A stretch of DNA of 63,949 nucleotides, filler included, from Reticulomyxa filosa (taxonomy: Eukaryota; Protista; Foraminifera), in assembly GCA_000512085.1 (NCBI GenBank). It is 17 parts of 17 records of this genome, joined end to end, with 100 filler letters (N's around TTAATTAATTAA, not from the genome) between each part and the next. Parts side by side here need not be neighbours in the genome. Positions count along the whole stretch, not along the records: positions 40,602 to 48,514 come from ASPP01027971.1; positions 48,615 to 51,671 come from ASPP01006326.1; positions 51,772 to 58,928 come from ASPP01016358.1; 14 more parts are not named here. The stretch is one strand, 5' to 3'. The notes beneath the pieces were generated by a model that ran no database searches, was not told the DNA's origin, and worked only from the letters and a program-made list of their open reading frames with translations. A program made the translations under genes and the position numbers. Of this stretch, positions 40,748-53,442 are shown one piece after another (position 1 is the stretch's first letter; each line of letters begins with the position of its first letter).

Positions 40748-41038
40748 AATGGATACCAATATATACTCACTATAATGGACCGTTTCACACTCTAAGTATA
40801 CGCTATACCACTTAAAACGAATAGATATACAGACATTTAACACCTGATACAATACTATCAGACAATGGTACACAATTCACAGGCAAAATATCACACAATG
40901 TCAAAGATAATGAAAATACGTCAATCGTTTAAATAATCACATCATCCTCAAACAAATGGGACGATCGAAAGATTTTATCGTTACCTGAAAGAGCGTTTAG
41001 TGACTATTTGTGTTGATCGCGATCTAGACTTCACATAG
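40748..41038 (+). mobile_element. Decayed LTR-retrotransposon (Ty3/gypsy-like) integrase core
   Basis: Broken frames give NGYQYILTIMDRFT*, AIPLK, PDTILSDNGTQFTGK and HHPQTNGTIERFYRYLKERL, the DDE motifs of the rve domain. Confidence 0.85.
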
Positions 41039-41627
41039 GATAGCAAATTGAATTTACCGAAAGTAAAATTTGGAGAATGGTGGGACCTTGTAGGTTAAAA
41101 CACTGATCTCAACACAACTCACTTTTTGTGTCTTTTACTTGTTTCTTCATTGTGTTGAATTATTTGTTCTAAATTTACTTTATTTTACTGAAATTGATTT
41201 CTTGGAACTAAGTTCCTTTCGTATTACACTTAGTCTCCTCACTATTCCTACAAAACATACTTCATTTTTTCGTTTAAATTAACTTTAAAAATATACAAAA
41301 AATCAACATATAACAAAAAAACAATTTCAGCAGCTCCAGTTTAATTAAAAACACTTGATGAATTTTCTTCAAAAAATCACTAATTAGTGTATATATAATT
41401 TTACAATATGACGTCCAAAATACATTTCCACTTCAATAGCTAATGACAGTAGTCCAGAATCTAATAGTTTCACGGACGTATTTCTACTTATGTATACTTT
41501 TGGAATCAATATTTCAAGGTCACCTGGATCGTGATAATTGGATGTATTTTGGATGTGGCTATGGCATTGATAAAAGAAAAAGAAAGTGCTAATTTGTGTG
41601 TTTGTTCACCTTAGGAAGGCGACAACC

Positions 41628-44600
41628 ATGATGGAAAGTTTTGAGATTCACATACGAGGAGATCAATGCCGGTTCCATTTCGCGTGGTTGATTATTTTAC
41701 AATCCTTCGAACATCAAATGAGCATGCTGGCGTGACGCAAAGATGTATGTTATATTGAATTTTTGTAGTCCTTCCGGGTTTGTTTGTTTGACTTGTGTGT
41801 TTTGTTTTTGTTCTGTGTATGAGAAAAGGAAGAAAATAAGAATGTGCATACAAAATAGCCGTTCATAGAAAGAAAAAACAAAAAAACTAGTTCAGCAAAG
41901 GGGTTTGCCAGTGGTGCCATGCGTGCGTTATCCGTTGCAAGACCACAATGGATGTGAGTTTCCAAGAGACGTAGGGGCATTTGCATATCCAGACGGTGCG
42001 AGTTTTTCGGCGACAAAGTTGGGTCCAATAAGATATACGTTTGTGTTGACAGAAGCGGATGGGTCGCGAGTGTACTGTAGCGCACTGCGTTACTACCGCG
42101 AGATGAGTATGGAGACAATGAAGCAGTATAACGAGATCGGACATAATGTGCCAGAAGAAGAAGAAAAGTGTTACGAGCCGATCGCATTGATTTTGTCATC
42201 GCACTGGCCATTTTACGAGCAGTTTGGACGAATCTTGGACGCATTGTTTGAAGTGACAGAAGTGAATCCAGTGAAGCTGGCATACCCAATCGAAAAAGTA
42301 TTGCAAAACCTGATAATGGAAACGCCATTGCCGCCATTGGGACGTCGAACAGTGCAATTGGACCTGTACAATGAAGCGATTGAATTTTTGCGACCACCAC
42401 CCAATCAGTTGCCATTGCGTGGACATCATTTGGATATACTGTTCCACGTGCTGAGCATGTCGACGATCATCACACTGATTGGAGCGATTTTATGCGAGCG
42501 ACGCATCCTGCTGTACAGCAAGAACATTTCGCTGCTGACGCCGTGCATCGAAGGACTGACGACATTGGTGTACCCGTTCTACTGGCAACATATCTACGTG
42601 CCGGTGCTGCCGAGCAAGTTCATCGACTTTATCAGCGCACCCATGCCGTTCCTGTGCGGCGTGCTGCCCTCGTACATGCCCGACCTGGAGAGTCTGGAGG
42701 GCGTGCTGTTTGTCAATCTGGATGAAAACACAATCGCACATCATAAGAACGACCCAATCCCAGAATTTCCCAGAGAGAAGTTGGATCGATACAGTTCGAA
42801 GCTGATTAAGGACACCAATCAACCTCTGAAGACGGGAGTGAAGATTGAGGAAGACAAAGTGCGCGAAGCATTCATCCGCTTTTATGCCAAGTTTTTTCGA
42901 GGATATAAAAATTATATGAACCCGTCCACGGGGTTCTCGAAAGACAAGTTCAATAAGGAAAAGTGGATCAATGACAACTGCACGGCCAATGAAAATCGCA
43001 AGTTCTTTGAAATGTTTGTGGAGTCGCAGATGTTCCAATGCTTCATTGACGAGCGCTACGAGGTGTCGGGCAACAGCTATGAGGTGCTATACTTTGATGA
43101 GAAGATCGACGAGACCAATGGCAAGGTGACGCCCTTTTTGAACGACACCACGTTCATGTGGGATAAACATAATCCTTATGTAGTGCCCAAGCCCATTGCC
43201 GAAAAGAACAAAGAGGTCTTGTATAAAGATGGCTTCCCTTTAGCTCTGCACTCTTCGCTATTTGGAGATATTCGACCCACGGACATACTGGTCACCGAAA
43301 AGGATTTAATCGAGCAACCTACCATGCATATCAGCTGGATGTCCGTGGAATTCTTCAAAAAGAAGCGCATCTACGATCGACATTGGCATTCACTCGACGC
43401 ACGCATCGACGCACAAAATGTGGTGTTCGACGACGTATCCAACTTTTTGACGCGTTGGCAAAGTGTGCACTTTGATCACATGGTCAATCTCGCCAAACTG
43501 CTCGACTCGTTTTCCACGATACTGCCTTCGACCAAGACGTCTCTCGACCAGCCCTGGGATCAGTGTCGTGCGTCCTATCAAAAGATGTCCAAGCTCGCCG
43601 ATGAGTCCTTCACTCATTGCAAACGTCTGTGTGTCGTGCCTCTCATTGAAAACATACACGCCACCAAGTCCATGCTTAAAGTGCTGTTCGAAGCGTCCAA
43701 AGAGTGCGAGCGACGCACGGCCACCAGGAAATGCGATGTCGAATTCACCAACAAGTCGCGCACCAAATCCATCAAGCGCGTCGCAGATTCGCAGAAAAAC
43801 TTGACCCAACGTGACTTGGCGACCAATCCCAGACATATCACCAATGTCATCACCGCCTTGGAGAACAAAAATCAGGCCGAAATTGAACATATGGAATCGA
43901 CCACGAGCTTCCTCACCAACTTGGATATCTTCTCCGAAGCCATGCCGCAAATGATCAATGACGTGAAGAAATACAGTGGAGATCGCATCAAGTTCTTCAA
44001 AGAGTATATGCTGCGCTTCACGTCCAATCAACAGAAACTCTTCCAATCCTACGCAAATGAGTTTGCCGAAATGTATCGCTGCTTGGAACAAATATCCCCG
44101 GAAATGGATATCAACACCTACTCCGAAGGCAATGACATACCTGCCGCCACTGAAGACAATCTCGATACCAAGGCGTCGGAATCTACCGGAAATTATTCGT
44201 CGGCTTCTGCTTCTCAAGGCAATGGTAAATCCAATTCCTCTGCTGCTTCTGCTGCTGCTTCTGCTGCTGCTGCGGATATCAAAGCGCAGATCCCTGAAAA
44301 ACGATACTCGCTCTCACGCGAATTGTCGTATATCCAGTCCACCAAAATCAACAATCTGTCCATCGTCGGTCTCCAAGACACTCTGGCTGGACCTCCGCTT
44401 CGCAGGGGAACCACCACTGCACCCGCTTCGTCGGCTGCCGCCAGCGCGAGCTCGCTCAAGAACACACAGAAACTGGCACTCGGCAACGAACTCAAGGCTG
44501 ACGACGGCAACTCCTCCGAAGACTCCTTCTCTGATAAACACGACGATCATATACACGACCCGTATGACTTGCCCGTCGTCAAGGCCAACGCCTTGGTCTT

Positions 44601-45270
44601 GGCGCCTGCCAATGCATTGTCCACAGCCAAGACTAATAAGAATAATCCAAATAACAAAAAAGACAATAATAACAATAATAATAAAAAAGATGACAATGCT
44701 AACAAACTCAAAGGCAACGTTGAAAAGACTAATGTCAATATTGATGCCAATGTCAATGTTGATGCCAATGTCAAGATTGATGCCAATGTCAATATTGATG
44801 CCAATGTCAATGTTGATGCCAATGCCAAAGCAAATGTCGACAACGACAAGACGACCTCCGACCCTGTTGTAAGTGCAACTGACAGTAAAACTGAGCAGAC
44901 GAGCGAAAAGCAAGGAGGACAACAGCAGCAAGACAACGTCGGATCCACAAAGCCCGACAAAGAGGAAGAGAAAAAGGGAGAGCAACAGGGATCGGCACTT
45001 GCATCCGAAGTGCAAACGGCAAGTGCAACAGAAGCAAAAGGGAAGAGCGAAGTAGAAAGCATTAGCATTAGCACAGCAACAGCAACAACAAGCAGCGATT
45101 CAGTCAATGAACAAAAGTCGCAAGAAACAGGAGTAGCAGTAACAATAACAGGAACAGGAACAGGAACAGGAACAGGGACTGATCTTGATCGAGATGCCAA
45201 AACTTCCTCTTCTGTGCCGCGCACGGACGTATCGCTACAGCCTCGCATATCAGGTCGTCCAACATCACCC

Positions 45271-45304
<34 letters not shown>

Positions 45305-48039
45305 TGACATTGCCATTGGGACGTCCGACATCACCGACGACAGTGTCGATGCGTGGGGTTGGAAGTAGTGGCAGTAGCAACCTGCTACTGGAGGCATCGA
45401 AAGAGGTGATAGTGACGGCCCGTCCGATTGCGCTATTAATTCCGACGGCGCAGCTGAACAAGGACGATGGACATGTGAGTGTGAATCACTACTCAGACAA
45501 CATGTGGGGGCCCACGGCCTTCGAGATAGTGTTGAAACAGGGCGAGGATGGACGATTGCAAATCAAGCATTTGAACAAGGTGTTGGAAGACATTTCAATA
45601 ATGTGGGATGGATACAGCAAAAAGTTGCAGACGAGCTTATCCCAAATGAAGATGCCCATCCAAGCCACAAACTGCGAAAATGCGTGTTGGAATCAATTGC
45701 GCACATTGATGGAGGCGCAGAGCAATGCCTATCGCATCTGTGCGGCCGAGGTGAAAGATATTAGCATGCCTTTGAAAGTGTTGAAAGGAGAGTTGCGCAA
45801 TATCACGCGATTGTTGCAGCGCAAGAAAACAGAGCTGGCGAGCGAAGTGCAGTTTGCAACCAAGTATGTCGAGCAATGTAATGAGGAGCGCACGCAGTGT
45901 TTGAAGTTGTATCGCAATGCTCAAAACGCGTGGAAACAGTCGGTGCAGCAGACGTCGGCGGAAGACACGTTGCGTCCTTTGCTGTTTCAAATGCAAGAGA
46001 CCGAGTACCACTTCCGACGCAGCGATGAAAAGTGGGAGACAAGCAAACAGCTGCTCAGAGCGGTGCGTAAAAAAGAAGACATTTGCAATGGCGTCATCTT
46101 GGACACGTTCCGCACGAAAGAAGTCGAACGACAGTATCAACTCATTAAAGCCTTTGCGCAGTTGATCGAGGTCATGTTCATCGCCATCACCAAAATCAAC
46201 AAGATCAATGAACAGCTCTTTGACTCTGCTAACGCCATTCATGTCGATGACGAAATTGACAAGTTCATTGTCGCGTGCTGTCTCAAAACCTTGCCTCATC
46301 CTTCCAAAACCGATTTTGACAAGTCACTTCCAACAGTTATCTCTATTCCAAATACTTCTACTACCACTACTACAACTACCACGCTTGCTAGTGCGGGCAC
46401 TACTCCAACCTTGGCAACGACTAGTTCAAATATTACTGCTACTACTATGACGTTGACAGCTTCGACGACGACAACAACAACGACTATGAATACTACTGGT
46501 GCAAATAACACCAATGGTGCTAATGGTGCTAATGGTGCTAATGGTACCAATGGTACCAATGGTACAAATAGTGCCAATGGCACAAATGGTGCGATATCGA
46601 CGACGACAACGACGACTACAAATGCGACGGCAACGATGACGACAGTGGTAACGACATCGCCTCCGCCTCAACCCGTCAAATGGAACGAAAAAACGGTGCA
46701 ACTGGCGTGGACTCATAACGATCGAGGTGCGGGTGTGGTTAAACACATGATCGATTTCTTTGCCTCGCGCTATGTTGTTGAGGAGGACTTGTCCAAGCAA
46801 TACACCAAAAAAAGACAAGATTGGGACAATGTCCTGATTGCCAAATATGGCTTCATGATGAACGATACCATGGATGCCTTTATGGACATGATGTCGGCTC
46901 TGAGCAAAATGTCCAATGATGTATGCGTGCAAACGCATAACGAAATCGAGACTCAACTAAACGATGTCAAAAACAAATTGAAAGACTTTCAGACCGTGAG
47001 TCAAAACATGGTAAATGAGTGCAACACTGAATATAGCCACTTGGAAACAACGTTAAACAAGTCCAAGTATGAAGTCAACAAATTGGCTACTATTGTCAGT
47101 GGATTGGAAGCTAAGCTGCAGCAAAGAAATGACAAAAAAAAAGAAAATGAAAGTCGTAGAAGTGGATTCAAGCTGTTCAAAAAATCAACCGAACAATTAA
47201 ACAAAGATTTGAAAATCAACAAAGAAAGGTTGGCTGCTGAAGAGCAAAATCGAGATATTCTACAAGTACAATTGCAGCAAAAGTCCAATTACAGAGATAT
47301 GCTTCATGCAAAAGTTGTCACTGATTTTGTGAAACACGAATTTTATCGATTTCAAGTCATTCGGAGAATCTCCTTGAAATATGTACTGCTCACCGAAGAA
47401 CAATACACTGCAATGGACAAGCAATTGCAAGCGTTTCGAAATAAAGTCAAAGCTTTACATGTCGATGACAATGTAACCAAATTTGTGGAAGAATGTCGTT
47501 CGGATGTTCAAGCTCCCAAAATTGTATTGGAGCACACAACATTCAAGTTGGAAGAGACTTCGAAAGAAGAATTGACACCAACACAAGAGTTGGATATCAT
47601 TAATCTAAAACTTTTGAACAAGTTCTCCCAAGGAACTATTCGAAAGAAGCTTGTCGAAGAACAATTCTCAAATTCCACCCAAATCTCGTTCAATGCTGAG
47701 TCTCATAGCAATCAGTGGATCCAAGAGCGGGCTATTGAGCTGATGCAACATCAGCCCACCAATATCAGACAAACATATACTGCAATAACTCACCCTTACT
47801 TACTGCCACAGTCTCAATCCCAAGTCCTATTGGTCACTGCCGCAGACAACGACAATGAAGAATCGAAAAACGAAGAAGGAAAAAAGAATGATGCTTTGCT
47901 AGCACCAACAGCAGAAATTTCAGCCGAAACAGAGAAAACTCCTGAGCCATCTTTTTCAAACAGCGACCATCTCCACACATACACAAATACTGCCAACACT
48001 GCTGATTTTAGTGCTGAAAATGACTCCAGGGAGCCATAA
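41628..48039 (+). CDS. DENN-domain protein (Rab GEF family) followed by three F-BAR/FCH-like helical domains
   Basis: Short exon with PFRVVDYF (uDENN start), then a 6.1-kb exon: AFAYPDG, YTFVLTEADGSRVYC, LCERRILLYS, LVYPFYWQHIYVPVLP...APMPFLCGV, FVESQMFQCFIDER, then three coiled-coil blocks with FCH-like starts and F-BAR-like ends. Start codon uncertain. Confidence 0.9.
44731..44820 (+). repeat. Coding 18-bp minisatellite x5 (NV[N/K][I/V]DA)
   Basis: AATGTCAA(T/G)(A/G)TTGATGCC repeated five times in frame. Confidence 0.9.
46513..46593 (+). repeat. Coding 9-bp minisatellite x9 (NGA/NGT)
   Basis: AATGGTGCT/AATGGTACC variants in frame between the second and third F-BAR-like blocks. Confidence 0.9.
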
Positions 48040-48614
48040 CCAAATGTATTTCTTTTTTTTAATGTTGGTTGTCGACAACAACTTTTGTACAGCTTGATAC
48101 ACTAAATTCACTGTTTGTAAATTCTTCGCATATTCCAATTGAAACAGTTCATTTGCTTTCTTCAATCAATTTTTTTTTTTTTCCGAAAATTTTCCAAAGA
48201 ATTAACAGAACAAATTTTAACAATCACAAAGATGAAGCACTTTGCACTTTTGTTCTTATTTATATTGATTTTTTTTTCTGATCATTTAAAATGTTACTTA
48301 TTTGAAAAATTGTAAATATAATTTGTGATGCTGTTGTTTGACAAGTGTCTTCTTTTAAAGCGCACTATATTTGATTCTATTCGTCAACATCTCAATCAAG
48401 AGTGAAAAAGCCATTTTTATATAAGACGCCACCAAAGAATTATTAGTCGATACACAGCAGAAGGCTCTGTCACAAATCTTCGAAAGTTCAAATAGGAAAA
48501 GAGTACGAGTGATTNNNNNNNNNNNNNNNNNNNNNNNNNNNNNNNNNNNNNNNNNNNNTTAATTAATTAANNNNNNNNNNNNNNNNNNNNNNNNNNNNNN
48601 NNNNNNNNNNNNNN

Positions 48615-50399
48615 TTCGTATTCGTATTCGTATTCGTATTCGTCGTTGTTGTCATATTCGTGTTTGTACTGGCATAGCTGCCCGCTGCACCGTCAAACGG
48701 TGTCTGCAAATGATTTTGCGTCCCGTTTGCACTTTGTGTCGGATTCGAGGCCGGATTGGGTTGAAGTAGTCTTTCAAACCGATTTATCACACATTTATAC
48801 ATATACACATATATAAATATATATTTATATATATAAATATATATAAATATATGTATACATATAAATATATATATATATATATATAGTATATATGTATATA
48901 TGCATTTGTTTGTTTATTTGTTGATGTATTTATATATGTGTATTGTAATTTGATCAAAAAAATGGTTCGTGGACACATGCCTTTGAATGGCGCTCAAACT
49001 GGAATCAAACTGAACACAGCTCAAAACCACTCCAAACTCTGGCACCACCATGGTTTTTTTATCAAAAGGGGGTGGCTTGACCCCACTGTCGCAGCCCTGT
49101 TTCCAGTCTTGTCCGTCTAGTGTCTTAATTAAAAAAAAAAAAAAAGGGGGATTTTTTGAAAAACCAATTTTTTTTTTTTTTTTTACAAAAAAAAGAAAAA
49201 ACTTGTCGGGCAATCCATCCTTCCAATTCTTTGTAACTGATATCTTTTGGAAAACTGGCCAAAAGTGTGGGTTGAGTGACGTGGGAAGAGGAACTGTGCA
49301 AAGTGGACAAGTGCATCAAAGTGCCATCGTTCCTCCAAATGTACTTGGGCTGTGGCCCATAGAAGCCGCTGTAGTGACTGAGTTGCAAGAGGTAAATGAA
49401 CTCACTTCGAATCGAGTCGACTTTGCGATTGTATTCCTCTTCCAACAGCGTTTCATGCGACACCTTTCCCGACTTGGAGCTTTGAGGTCCCGACAATGTG
49501 CCCAAATGGGTCGCGTTTGACGTGTCCGCTGTGATCGGCGTCGACGAGAGCACGTTGGCCAACAGATGGCTGCCTGTGCCTGTCTGTAATGTATCCAATG
49601 CACTGTAACCTTTTTGTGATTGCTTTGATCCAAGTGTTTGGTTTGGTATTGATATCACACTCACCGGCTCACTGTTTTCATCGTCTGCACTCTCCACCGA
49701 TTTTATACTATCATCATCATCGTCATCATCATCATCATCATCATTATCTCCTCCTTCTTCCTCCTCTCCGTTCTCTTCTTCTCCCTCTCCCTTCTTTCTA
49801 TTCTTCTTCTTCTTCTTCTTCTTCTTCTTCTTCATATGTATGGCCTCATCTTTCGACTTTGAGCTCGTCGCTTCCGATTTGTTGTTCTTCTTTTCTCTCG
49901 TACTCTTTGTCAACGTTTCCGAACTTGTCATAAACGACGTCACCGGATGGTCATTCTCTCCTGTCAACGAACGGATCGACAACTGCGACGACAGCGATTC
50001 CGATAATGCCTCTCCTGGTGTTTCACCTCCATTTTTCAAATATCCACACATATACACACATTTCCACTTTTTCCATATTCAGTGTTGCTTTTCATATCAC
50101 ACACTTATTTTCTGCTGTTGTTTTTTTTTTCCCTCCTCTCCTCTCCTCTTCTCTCCTCCCCTCCTTCTATTCCTCTCCCTTTACTACTCACTGGGGTTTT
50201 GTTGTGTCGTTTCAGACTTGTTATTGCTGTCATTATTATTGCTATTGTTATTGTTGGTGGTATTGTGTTGCACTGTTGCTTGTTCACTTGTAGTTGACGG
50301 TTGTTCGTCATCAGAAATCACTAATGTATCATATGACGTTGTTGTCACATGATCCAATCGAGTGCGTGGAATGTTTTGTGATGGTTTCATCGTTGCCAT
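48615..50399 (-). CDS. Multi-exon hypothetical protein with poly-K/E/D tracts, 3' truncated
   Basis: Coding blocks at about 50190-50399, 49205-50035, 48975-49097 and 48615-48785 with GT-AG boundaries; no family recognised. Confidence 0.5.
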
Positions 50400-50715
50400 C
50401 CGTCTATGCCATTATTTTTTATTTTTTTTGTAAGTCGCTCTTCCTCCCCTCTCTCATTCATCTGAGGTAGCAGTTGTTGCGGCTCAAATAATAGAAATTG
50501 CAAAAGACGAAACATTAACACGATCAAAAAAGTTGGCAAAATTCTCTAAACATATGTCTTGAAAAGAACAACGTGCATTTCGTCACACAATCGGGGTAGG
50601 AATCGTTAGCACTGATAAACTTTCTAAAAAGATTATTCATATATTTAAAAAAACAACAGTCGAAAAGAAACACAAAAAAACAATTGCAGTCAAACTTTAA
50701 GATTTTCGACCCTTT

Positions 50716-51628
50716 TCATAAAAGAAAAGGTGTTAATCTTTTCGTAGGTAACAGTTTCGCAAGAGTTGTTAGAAGGTTGCAGAGGAAATGCAAAGCTTTA
50801 TCCGTACGATAGTTTTCAGTAATTTTGGGGTGCAAATGTCCCTGCTTATTGGAAGCAATGACAGTGTTCCATTCTTTTTGTTTCGTGGAAGAAGTGGTGT
50901 CAGCAGAGGCACTTTGCACAATGTATTCGATATTGTGTCGCGTATGTCCAAAGAACCACGCGCAAACAGGATACTGAAACAAGTGTTCCAGATGATTACA
51001 ACTCAACAAAGAAGATGCAGTATCAGCGCTTGGATAATCTGTGGGAGGGTGGTGCGTCAATATCATTAGCTGTTTTTGTTTCTCTTCATCGTCTTGGCGT
51101 TTCAAGTTTTCACTTTGAAGTTGGTCGAGTTCATTCATCAACCAAGTCACATGTTCATTGTGAAAGCGTTCAGTGTCTTCCACGGTCAAATATCTCCTTT
51201 CTTTATCTGCTTTGGGCAGTTCTGCATCTTATCATCGTACATACACACACACACAAGTCACGTGGATTGCATATTTGAAACATGCGCATATTGTAACATA
51301 ACCAAATGTTTTAAAAAAAGCAGTTCAGCCTTTTTATTTTTTTTGAACAGTACCAGGCTCTTCCGATGATTGATGATCAATTTCCTCTTTACTCTTTTGC
51401 ACTTCGATCATGGAATAGTCATCAATTTCTTTTAGGGCTTGTGCGCGTAGCTTTTCGTCCAATGTCATCCACAAAGTACATCCCGCAATTTTGATATTCG
51501 GCAACAAATCTGGGAACTCAATCGTATTACATTGTAAAAAATGCACATTCTTAAATTTTGCACAGACTTTGCCAATCAATTCACCGACGTGATAATACTC
51601 ACTCGTGTAATATTCGTGGTTTCCCGCC

Positions 51629-51629
<1 letters not shown>
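50716..51629 (-). CDS. Calcineurin-like metallophosphoesterase, 5' truncated
   Basis: AGNHEYY, IAGCTLW, ILTHHPP and WFFGHTRH (GHTH variant); intron at about 51200-51352. Confidence 0.8.
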
Positions 51630-51671
<42 letters not shown>

Positions 51672-51771
51672 NNNNNNNNNNNNNNNNNNNNNNNNNNNNN
51701 NNNNNNNNNNNNNNNTTAATTAATTAANNNNNNNNNNNNNNNNNNNNNNNNNNNNNNNNNNNNNNNNNNNN

Positions 51772-51810
<39 letters not shown>

Positions 51811-51829
51811 TTTTTCATTTTTACTCGGC

Positions 51830-52136
51830 AGATCATTCGATCATTTTTACAGCATTGAAGAAATTAATGAAGCAAAGGCCGCATACAGGCCCCGAAAATT
51901 TATGGAAACTTCGCGGGTTTTTTGCTGACACCATGCACATGATGCGTTTCTTAGATGGCGCCAGTGAAAGCAACTCGTTGGAGGCACTGTCCCACCAATG
52001 GCTGGACCAACGCTTTCGAAAGATAAAAAGTTTCCGTGAATTAACCAAGCATCAGAGTTTTGGTGTAGAGTCGACTACAGGCTCTAGTTTTGGTTCTTTC
52101 CAAGCTCTAGTTTCAAACTAAATAAATTACATATAC

Positions 52137-52170
<34 letters not shown>

Positions 52171-53409
52171 GTATATGTAATTTATTTATTTGTACTATTT
52201 TGATTGGGATACACTGCGTAATCCAAAACTCATTGAGAATAAATGAAATATGACAATGGGAAATGGTAATGGGGAGAATAGAAAAAGGATCCGGAGCGCT
52301 TTTATTCGTACGCAGCCCAAGACGCAGAGACGACGTACCACTTGTTTAAAGTGTTAAAAGCGCAATTGGAAAAAAACCAAATGCGGGAATAATATCCACT
52401 TGTACGACAAACTGAAACAGCACTCCAAAGAGTTTCGTGACTCCCCTTTGTGGGATCATCTCAATCTGTGGATCATGTATCAATCCTTGTGGCAATCCTT
52501 TGGGCAACTGCTCGTGGAAATTGAATCCACTGGCGTCCCTTGTGACTCGCAACTCTCGGAGTGTTGCAAGATCAAGCATCAGTGGATCGAACCAAGTGCG
52601 AAAGGATCTTTTTTGATTGGGCGGATACGTTGTTTCCAAATATTAGCTATTTTTTGAACTTGAATAGGTTATATACATATATTTATGTATACATATATGT
52701 TATTATAATTGTTGTCCAAAATTATCTATTGATTTGTTTTGGGGTAAATAAGTCCCGCACAATTGGGTTATTTCTTTTTCGGAGATCCAGCAACTTCACT
52801 TTATATTAAAAAAGACAAGCCTGTTAAAACTTACAAATTACCAGTTTTGTGCTCCAAACTTGAGACATTGTAACATTACAAATGAGAGGCAATAAATAAA
52901 TATAATACATATATATATATATATATATATATATGTATTATATTTATTTACTTTTGCGAAACAGACATTGGGAATAAAGCCTATTTACATAACGCAATCC
53001 AAACGACCTTCGTTTGACAAATCGGTCGTGGAGATGCTGATCGGCAGCCGCTTGCGCACGCACTTTATGGACAAGACGGAGGAGGAGTTGCAAGTCATCG
53101 TCAATGCCGTAAAAGCGCTAAAAGAGTCGCAGTCCATTGGAACGCAGATCGAAACGTTCATTCGGCCTTTGCAAAAGTTTTTAAACAAACCCGATTCTAG
53201 TGGACGCATTTATCCCGAGCTCAATCTAAACACTGAAACGGGTCGACTTTCTTCACGAAGCCCCAACCTGCAAAATCAGCCTGCCGCAACTGTAAGAAAG
53301 AAGAGAATTCATACATACTATATATGTATATGAACACGTACAAATATTTTATTTTTTTTTTGCAATCCAATGTATACGTACATTCACATGCACACTGAGG
53401 GGGGGGGGT

Positions 53410-53442
<33 letters not shown>

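Noticed and set aside
43390-46956. Several long minus-strand ORFs overlapping the DENN gene
   Set aside because: Shadow frames from codon bias and low-complexity repeats; no independent motifs.
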